NCBI GenBank assembly: GCA_944392295.1
Contig: CALXWE010000004.1
Coordinates: forward strand, 45,819 to 109,818
Direction: 5' to 3'
Source: an uncultured Alphaproteobacteria bacterium
Lineage (GTDB): Bacteria > Pseudomonadota > Alphaproteobacteria > RF32 > CAG-239
DNA: 64,000 nt
The notes under the pieces were generated by a model. That model was not told the origin of the DNA and ran no database searches. It saw nothing but the letters and a program-made list of their open reading frames with translations. Position numbers and translations under genes: made by a program. Position 1 is the first letter of the stretch, and each line of letters begins with the position of its first letter. This document shows positions 57,775 to 64,000 of this stretch, one piece after another.

Positions 57775-59469
57775 TTACAGAGGTGCGCAAGCCTTTTTTA
57801 GCCATTTAAGCTCTGCTTTGTTCATATACGGAGCAAGAGCATTATAAACGCTTGAATGATAATTATTAAGCCAGCTTACCTCACTATCGTTTAACAGATA
57901 TTTATTGATGAGGTGTTTATCAATAGGGATAAGCGTTAAATATTGAAATTTTAAAAAGCCGTCATATTCGGAGTTGGTGGTATATACCAAGTTTTCAATG
58001 CGAATTCCGTAAGCATTTTCTTTATAATATCCGGGTTCAATTGAGGTTATATAGTTGGCTTTTACGGGCATATGGCTGCGTAAACTTAATCCGAACGGCG
58101 CTTCATGGACATCGGAAAAATGCCCGACACTGTGTCCGGTGCCGTGTTTGTAGTCTTTACCTTGTTGCCATAATGGTTGGCGGCATACGGCATCTAAAAC
58201 ATTTGCCGGCGTATTTTGCGGAAATATGGCAGAAGCTAAAGCAATATGCGCCTTTAATACTTGAGTGAAACTTTCTTTAATTTCATCACTTGGGTTGCCT
58301 AAGGCAATGGTACGCGTAACATCGGTGGTTCCGTCATAATACTGGGCGCCGCTGTCCAGTAACAATACCGAATTGTTTTCTAATTTTTTATTGCTGTTCT
58401 CGTTGGGTTGGTAGTGGACAATGGCGGCATTGCTTGCCGTGGCGGCAATAGTGGCAAAACTGTCGGAAAAAAACAATTCTTGCTCTTGGCGCAGGCTTTT
58501 TAATTTGGCGACGACATCAAGCTCGCTTATCTCTTGATAATTATCATCCAGCCAGCATAAAAACTTGCTTACGGCAACACCGTCGCGCAGATGAGAGTTT
58601 TTATAACCTTCAAGTTCAACGGGATTTTTGGTTAGTTTGTGTTCAACAATCGGGTTGTTGATTTTGTTTTCAATTTTTACACCTTCGGGCAATAAGGAAA
58701 GCACTATTTGCGGGGTTTGTTTTTCATCAATAAAAATAGTTTTACCCTTATATTTGCTTAAAAGGTTTGAAAGTTCGGCAAATGGCTTAAAACCATACTT
58801 TTCCAAATTGTCGGCAATTAAGGTTAATTTACCGCTGCGCTCTAATAAGCCCCAGGCTCTTACAATCGGAGTATCGGGTAAATCGTAAGAGCGCAAGTTG
58901 CTAAGCCATGATACCAAATCGGAGGCACAAATTAACATGGCGTCAACAAAGGGTGGAAAATCGGCAATAACTTCGGCGCATTTTTCTTTAGAGCTTTTAC
59001 CACAGAATTTTATATCGTGCTGAAAAACTTTAACGGTTGAAGAGGCCGGCTCATTATCTAATGTATCTAAATCCGTGTTTTCGCTAAAGGTTATATCGGG
59101 AGCGTGCTTTTTTAAAAACTTAACGGTGGCAACAGATAAACATTCGGGATTATAGGCTAACTGTTTAATATTGTTTTGAGTACATATTTCCAGTATTTCA
59201 GCAAAGCTTCCCGAATAATCGACAACGGTTATGATGTTGCTGTCGGTTTCATTGCGAGCCTGAATGGAGTATCTGCCGTCAACAAACAACCAGGCATGAT
59301 TTTGGCTTATAAGCAAATTGCCGGCTGAGCCGCTAAATCCGGTTAAGTCTAAGATTTTGTTTTCTTGAGGTAAAATATCTTCACCGACAAAGTATGGCTT
59401 GTTACGGGTTATCAGCAGGGCTTGTAGATTTTGTTTACTTAAAAGTTTTTGAATATCGGTTATGCTCAT
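57775..59469 (-). CDS. Xaa-Pro aminopeptidase (M24B family, creatinase N-domains)
   Basis: The C-terminal pita-bread fold has the metal ligands HGTGHSVG...H and E..Y.E. Confidence 0.8.
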   Translation of the reverse strand: MSITDIQKLLSKQNLQALLITRNKPYFVGEDILPQENKILDLTGFSGSAGNLLISQNHAWLFVDGRYSIQARNETDSNIITVVDYSGSFAEILEICTQNNIKQLAYNPECLSVATVKFLKKHAPDITFSENTDLDTLDNEPASSTVKVFQHDIKFCGKSSKEKCAEVIADFPPFVDAMLICASDLVSWLSNLRSYDLPDTPIVRAWGLLERSGKLTLIADNLEKYGFKPFAELSNLLSKYKGKTIFIDEKQTPQIVLSLLPEGVKIENKINNPIVEHKLTKNPVELEGYKNSHLRDGVAVSKFLCWLDDNYQEISELDVVAKLKSLRQEQELFFSDSFATIAATASNAAIVHYQPNENSNKKLENNSVLLLDSGAQYYDGTTDVTRTIALGNPSDEIKESFTQVLKAHIALASAIFPQNTPANVLDAVCRQPLWQQGKDYKHGTGHSVGHFSDVHEAPFGLSLRSHMPVKANYITSIEPGYYKENAYGIRIENLVYTTNSEYDGFLKFQYLTLIPIDKHLINKYLLNDSEVSWLNNYHSSVYNALAPYMNKAELKWLKKACAPL

Positions 59470-60347
59470 AATACTTTCTCCATTAATGCGGCGCGCCAGT
59501 TGTCAATTTTATACAGCTTTATTAATTTTAAGCCGAGTTTTTCATGAGCAGATAATACCCAATCGGTTTGGTCGTCAATAAAGCCGGATAATATGCAGCA
59601 GCCGCCGTTTTTCAAGCTTTTTGCCAAGTCGGGAGCCATTTCAATTAAGGGGCGTGCCAAAATATTTGCCATTATAAGATCGTAAGGGGCGTTGTTTTTA
59701 ATAAGGTCAGCCTTATAACCGTCGCTTTGCGTAACATCAATGTATTGCTCTAAATGATTGTCAAAGGCATTTTGAGCGGTTACATTTACGGCTTCATGGT
59801 CAATGTCGCCGGCAATTATTATAGGTTTTTGTTCAGCCCAAAGTTTGGCGCAAGCCAAAGATAATATGCCGGAACCCGTGCCGATATCTAAAATTTTATG
59901 ATGAGCTTTACCTAACTTGTTAACATCGCTTATTGCCTCTAAACAACAACGAGTGGTTTGGTGTGATGAACCGAAGGCAGTGGCTGCATAAATTTTTAAG
60001 GGTAGCTTATCGGTTTTTGGGGAGTGTTCTTCATGAATCCCGTAAATACAAAAATCGGCAACCTCAAAGGGGGCAAACTTAATAACGTTTTCGGTAAGCC
60101 AATTCTTATTTTCAAGCTTTTCTACACTAAACGGCGGAAGAGTAATGTTTTGAATTTGGGCCGCTTGTAATAAATCGTTCTCATTAAAATCGGTATTGGC
60201 ATAGCCGACATATTCTTCTTTGCCATCATCGGTATAGTTGCAGGCGGTTACACCGAAATATTCATCTAAAAAATCGGCCAATTCTTGAGGAGTTGTTTCT
60301 TGGGGGGTAAATTTTACCAATATGCAACTTGAAAAATTATTACTCAT
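59466..60347 (-). CDS. prmA: Ribosomal protein L11 methyltransferase
   Basis: ILDIGTGSGILSLA motif I and the PrmA C-terminal pattern (ANILARPLIEMAPDL). Confidence 0.8.
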   Translation of the reverse strand: MSNNFSSCILVKFTPQETTPQELADFLDEYFGVTACNYTDDGKEEYVGYANTDFNENDLLQAAQIQNITLPPFSVEKLENKNWLTENVIKFAPFEVADFCIYGIHEEHSPKTDKLPLKIYAATAFGSSHQTTRCCLEAISDVNKLGKAHHKILDIGTGSGILSLACAKLWAEQKPIIIAGDIDHEAVNVTAQNAFDNHLEQYIDVTQSDGYKADLIKNNAPYDLIMANILARPLIEMAPDLAKSLKNGGCCILSGFIDDQTDWVLSAHEKLGLKLIKLYKIDNWRAALMEKVL

Positions 60348-60437
60348 CTTTTCTCCGTTTGTTATCTTTTTATTTACTAAATTTAGTTTATATTACACTC
60401 AGATATATGTTTAAACATTTAAAAAGAGATTATTCCT

Positions 60438-61199
60438 ATGAAAAAACTTGCAGCTATATTATCAGTTTCTATGCTCGCGGCTTGTGTTTATGCCGGAGAA
60501 GTAGATATCTTTAAAGGTCGTAATAAAATTTTTCAGGTTTGGCAGACCAATGAGATTTTTTTCTATGATACTCAATCGGGAGATGAGACTTTAACCGAGA
60601 GCAAGACCATTACCGAAGATGAAATTGACCGTAATCAGGTGCTTATTACTAAGGTTAATGATACGATGTTATTCAGCCGCACACAGCGAATCGATTTTTA
60701 CGGTTCAAGTAAGCTGACTGTTAATAAAGATGCCGTGATGAGCTCAAGCTATACTCCGGCTTATATTTATAAAAACAGCAATTTTGAAGCTTTGGGAGAG
60801 ACCAACATTGACGGTGCGGTTTATATGCTGGTAAAGCAAGGCAAGAGTAAAGATATTTTGCTTGTTGATGAAAAAGGTGAGGTATATCCACGTTTAGGAC
60901 GTATTGTTGATGATAGACTTGCTATTCTGGATATTGAATTTTTTGTAGAGCCGGATGATGTTAAGTTTACGCCGGTAGTAAGTACTCGTTCTGAAACATC
61001 AGACGTTATTTCCGGTTATGAACTGCGTTATAGCGGTGTTTCAAATAATTATATGAACTTTACGTACTCAACATTAGGTGATAACGGTCAGTCGGAAGAA
61101 TTTAGTTTTCCGCTCGGACAGGGCACCATCGAAATTAAAAATTTCCGCATTAATGTAATTGATGCCGGATACGATAAAATTGAGTACATAATTTTATAA
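60438..61199 (+). CDS. Lipoprotein, hypothetical
   Basis: Signal peptide with lipobox LAAC. Confidence 0.45.
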   Translation: MKKLAAILSVSMLAACVYAGEVDIFKGRNKIFQVWQTNEIFFYDTQSGDETLTESKTITEDEIDRNQVLITKVNDTMLFSRTQRIDFYGSSKLTVNKDAVMSSSYTPAYIYKNSNFEALGETNIDGAVYMLVKQGKSKDILLVDEKGEVYPRLGRIVDDRLAILDIEFFVEPDDVKFTPVVSTRSETSDVISGYELRYSGVSNNYMNFTYSTLGDNGQSEEFSFPLGQGTIEIKNFRINVIDAGYDKIEYIIL

Positions 61200-61216
61200 G
61201 ATGTTTGAGCTTTAAT

Positions 61217-61250
61217 CAAAATCCCTCGGTTTTATGACCGGGGGATTTTT
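61217..61250 (+). terminator. Rho-independent terminator
   Basis: aaaatccctcgg-N8-ccgggggatttt. Confidence 0.65.
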
Positions 61251-61272
61251 GTTATAACAAATGTTTTACCTA

Positions 61273-61983
61273 TTACTTTATAGGTAAAAAGATGTAAAAA
61301 TCACAACTGACTTCCGCTTCACAGCTATTACATAAAGTATCGATATCGGTTAAAGAAGCATTACGAAGACAGTTATTGGGATTAGTACATATAGAGTCTC
61401 CGTATAAAGCCGTGGTACCGTAACCATCTTCGTTTTTTTGCCGCATTTGAATAGAGTTTATGTTAGCGGCATTTTCTTTGGCGGCGGTAACTATATTGCG
61501 GCAGATTTGTGCCGAATAGGGGCTTATTTTGTTATTTACCCTATTCATGTTTATATAAATATTATATTCAACATGTTTGAATACAGCTTCAAAGTAATAT
61601 GAGGTGGAAATACGGTTATTAAATATATCGTAGATACGGTTGGTAGCTTCATCGTAATGCATACCCTCAGGTATCAGATTAAGTTGTTTGAAAATGATTG
61701 TGCCTATGGCCTGTTGTTGGAAGGAGCGATTTAATTGCGGACCCAATTGAATAGCATTATTAATCAGCGTGTTCATTGATTCTGCGTGTTTATTAAGTTT
61801 ATATTTGAACATGGCTTTGGAGTAGCCGGCAATAGCACCGACAGAAAGTACACCAATAATGGCTAAAACTCCCAACATTTCAACCATACTTCTTCCGGCG
61901 GAAAGTTTGTATAAGGGCTCATCTAAAGCCGTTTTACGGGAATTAAGTTTTACAAAATGGCATAAAAATTGATAAAATTTCAT
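61273..61983 (-). CDS. Type IV pilin-like protein, paralog 5 of 6, long leader
   Basis: MKFYQFLCHFVKLNSRKTALDEPLYKLSAG|RSMVEMLGVLAIIGVLSVGAIAGYSKAM. The C-terminus has LCNSCEAEVSC. Confidence 0.7.
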   Translation of the reverse strand: MKFYQFLCHFVKLNSRKTALDEPLYKLSAGRSMVEMLGVLAIIGVLSVGAIAGYSKAMFKYKLNKHAESMNTLINNAIQLGPQLNRSFQQQAIGTIIFKQLNLIPEGMHYDEATNRIYDIFNNRISTSYYFEAVFKHVEYNIYINMNRVNNKISPYSAQICRNIVTAAKENAANINSIQMRQKNEDGYGTTALYGDSICTNPNNCLRNASLTDIDTLCNSCEAEVSCDFYIFLPIK

Positions 61984-62075
61984 CTAAAATCTCCGAGTTT
62001 TATTCACTAAAGGACTTTAAACGAAATCATAAACCGTTTTTTTTTTTTGCAACTTTAAAAGGAGCTGTGCCCACA
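61984..62075 (-). promoter_or_regulatory. Conserved pilin promoter/5' leader module, copy 5 (T12 tract 62037..62048)
   Basis: Same block. It is extended by aaaaggagctgtgccca, which is shared only with copy 6. Confidence 0.55.
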
Positions 62076-62109
62076 CCTAAGTGTTGTACTACTTTCGGCA
62101 AAGTTATTT

Positions 62110-62787
62110 CTATAAACGCCAGTTGATGTCAATGTTACAGGTTACTTTATCCATGCAGCTTTTGCACATACTGTATATTTCATCAAGAGTAATATCCGTA
62201 ATGCATTTTTGCGATGAATTGCAAGTCTTGCCGTAAAAATAAAACTCATATTGATGATCGTTGTTTCCGGATGAAGAACCGATGAATAAGTGTGAAAAAT
62301 CTTGTGAATGAGCCTTAGCAACATTTAACAGATTTTGGCAGGTTGTGAAGTTATCGGAAGTAGGTTCAAGATAATATACAATATGAGTGAGTAAAAAAGT
62401 CGGACCGCCGTTGTTACTGATTAATACTTTATTTCCCATAGCGTCATATAAAAACCCGTTTTCGACTTTCATACCATCTGGAATTAGGTTCATTTTTTGA
62501 AACAATGTTATCAAATTAGTCCACTGGTTATATTTTAATTGCGGAGTGTAGGTGGTCATAACATTAAATAGCCAGGAGATTTGCTCGGCTTGTTTGTTAA
62601 GCTTATATTTAGTCATCGCCTTAGAGTAGCCGGAAATGGCACCGACAGATAATACGCCTATGATTGCAAGAACGCCGAGCATTTCGACCATACTTCTTCC
62701 GGCGGAAAGTTTGTATAAGGGCTTATCTAAAGCTGTTTTACGGGGTCTTATTTTTACGAATTGGCATAAAAATTGGTAAAATTTCAT
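62110..62787 (-). CDS. Type IV pilin-like protein, paralog 6 of 6, long leader
   Basis: MKFYQFLCQFVKIRPRKTALDKPLYKLSAG|RSMVEMLGVLAIIGVLSVGAISGYSKAM. The C-terminus has MCKSCMDKVTC. Confidence 0.7.
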   Translation of the reverse strand: MKFYQFLCQFVKIRPRKTALDKPLYKLSAGRSMVEMLGVLAIIGVLSVGAISGYSKAMTKYKLNKQAEQISWLFNVMTTYTPQLKYNQWTNLITLFQKMNLIPDGMKVENGFLYDAMGNKVLISNNGGPTFLLTHIVYYLEPTSDNFTTCQNLLNVAKAHSQDFSHLFIGSSSGNNDHQYEFYFYGKTCNSSQKCITDITLDEIYSMCKSCMDKVTCNIDINWRL

Positions 62788-62880
62788 CTAAAATCTCCAA
62801 AGTTTGATTCACTAAAGGACTTTAAACGAAATCATAAACCGTTTTTTTTTTTGCAACTTTAAAAGGAGCTGTGCCCAAAA
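62788..62880 (-). promoter_or_regulatory. Conserved pilin promoter/5' leader module, copy 6 (T11 tract 62842..62852)
   Basis: Same block with one fewer T in the homopolymer. Confidence 0.55.
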
Positions 62881-62959
62881 GTTGTGGGATTTATTGTAAA
62901 ATAATTCTGGTATTGTATCATAACTTGCCGTACTATCTTTCAAACTAAGGAGATGTATA

Positions 62960-63589
62960 ATGCCGGATTGGTCAGAAGAAAATAAATTTCAGGGTTTAAT
63001 CGCCGGAGTTGATGAAGCCGGACGCGGTCCGTGGGTCGGTCCGGTTGTTGCCGGTACCGTGGTATTTTTTAATCATGAAATTCATCCTTTTTTGTTAAAA
63101 AATCTTAATGATTCTAAAAAACTTACACCAAAAAAACGTGAGGAATTGTTTGAGGTTTTACAACAAGAAGCTAAACTTAATCATTTGGCTTGGGCGGTAG
63201 GTGAGGCTTCGGCTCAAGAAATTGATGAAATAAATATTTTGCAGGCAACGTTTATGGCTATGCAAAGAGCGGTTCAAGCACTTAATTGTAAGCCGGATAT
63301 GGCTCTTATTGACGGTAACCGCAATCCGCGAAATTTTCCTTGTCCGTCACAAACCCTTGTTAAAGGTGATGCTAAATCTTTTTCCGTTGCCGCGGCTTCC
63401 GTTGTTGCTAAAGTTTATCGTGATAATTTAATGAAAAAACTGGCAATCCAATATCCGGGATACGGTTTTGAAAAAAATGCCGGATACGGAACTAAAGAAC
63501 ATATCGCGGCTTTGCAAACATTGGGCGTTACTCCAGAACATAGAAAATCGTATAAGCCGGTTGCTGAAATCTTGGCTAAGAACCTCTAG
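62960..63589 (+). CDS. rnhB: Ribonuclease HII
   Basis: GVDEAGRGPWVGPVVAG is the catalytic DEAGRG motif. Confidence 0.9.
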   Translation: MPDWSEENKFQGLIAGVDEAGRGPWVGPVVAGTVVFFNHEIHPFLLKNLNDSKKLTPKKREELFEVLQQEAKLNHLAWAVGEASAQEIDEINILQATFMAMQRAVQALNCKPDMALIDGNRNPRNFPCPSQTLVKGDAKSFSVAAASVVAKVYRDNLMKKLAIQYPGYGFEKNAGYGTKEHIAALQTLGVTPEHRKSYKPVAEILAKNL

Positions 63590-64000
63590 ATTTTTGTAAT
63601 TTGCCGATAAAGTTTTTTAAATCGTTTATTTTTAATTTTAATTCGGTCGACGGGTTGCTTTTTTGTGCTTTGTCAAGCTGTAGGGCGGCGGCATTTAAAT
63701 TTCCCAAACCGATGTTATATTGCGCCGAAGCATATAAAGCATGAGCCTCTTGATTATTTTCGTGGTAGGCTTTGGCAAGTAATAACCAAGCGGTGGAATT
63801 GTATTTTTTTATAACGATTTTATTTAAACTGCCGATAATTTCCGGCAACAACTCTCGATGTTCGGGCATTTCCAAAGCAGCTTGCGCCCAGCCTAATGAT
63901 ATTTCGGGAGAATCTCGTAATTGTTTTGCTTTTGAATATGCTTCAAAAGCCAGTTTAATTTTACCGCTTTCAAATAAAAACTGTCCTTTAAGTTCGTAAA
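63576..64000 (-). CDS. TPR-like repeat protein (partial, N-terminus beyond window end)
   Basis: The ORF stays open upstream of the Met at 63875 on the minus strand (…YELKGQFLFESGKIKLAFEAYSKAKQLRDSPEISLGWAQAALEMPEHRELL…). The true start therefore lies beyond position 64000. Confidence 0.5.
   Translation of the reverse strand, partial: YELKGQFLFESGKIKLAFEAYSKAKQLRDSPEISLGWAQAALEMPEHRELLPEIIGSLNKIVIKKYNSTAWLLLAKAYHENNQEAHALYASAQYNIGLGNLNAAALQLDKAQKSNPSTELKLKINDLKNFIGKLQKSRGS

Overview
This ~64 kb window comes from a low-GC genome of the alphaproteobacterial type. EF-Tu and SecA are most similar to Rickettsiales/Holosporales-like sequences, and the MlaD-MlaD-DUF2155 arrangement is the alphaproteobacterial one. 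Most of the window is ordinary housekeeping: a partial dnaX, an LpoA/LppC-like lipoprotein divergent from rsmI-yraN, a parvulin PPIase, secA, cmk, rsmE, ppdK, ackA-pta, lepA, tuf preceded by tRNA-Tyr and tRNA-Gly, murQ, rlmB, a COG1067 Lon-like protease, prmA, an M24 aminopeptidase and rnhB. It also holds one LuxR-type response regulator and one soluble PAS histidine kinase, which are not adjacent. Accessory content is scattered through this backbone. (1) Six paralogous type IV pilin-like genes, all on the minus strand, sit at four loci (7.0-8.4 kb, 25.8-26.4 kb, 36.3-37.1 kb, 61.3-62.8 kb). Each carries its own copy of a near-identical ~75 bp promoter/5' leader module with an 11-12 nt homopolymer, followed by a conserved prepilin N-terminus and a highly divergent Cys-containing C-terminal domain. 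(2) A gene encodes a signal peptide fused to a eukaryote-like ubiquitin domain and a C-terminal outer-membrane beta-barrel that looks like an autotransporter. It sits beside a tRNA-Pro that has degenerate partial tRNA copies upstream. (3) There is an orphan 1992-aa protein with no recognisable domains. (4) A membrane-anchored protein with a T4/GH24 lysozyme-like C-terminal domain is divergent from one pilin copy. (5) A WbsX-like glycosyltransferase is split by a frameshift at a T6/A6 run. (6) Two small acidic ACP-like paralogs lack the phosphopantetheine serine, and each is followed by the same terminator hairpin. I recognised no rRNA genes, CRISPR arrays or transposase genes.
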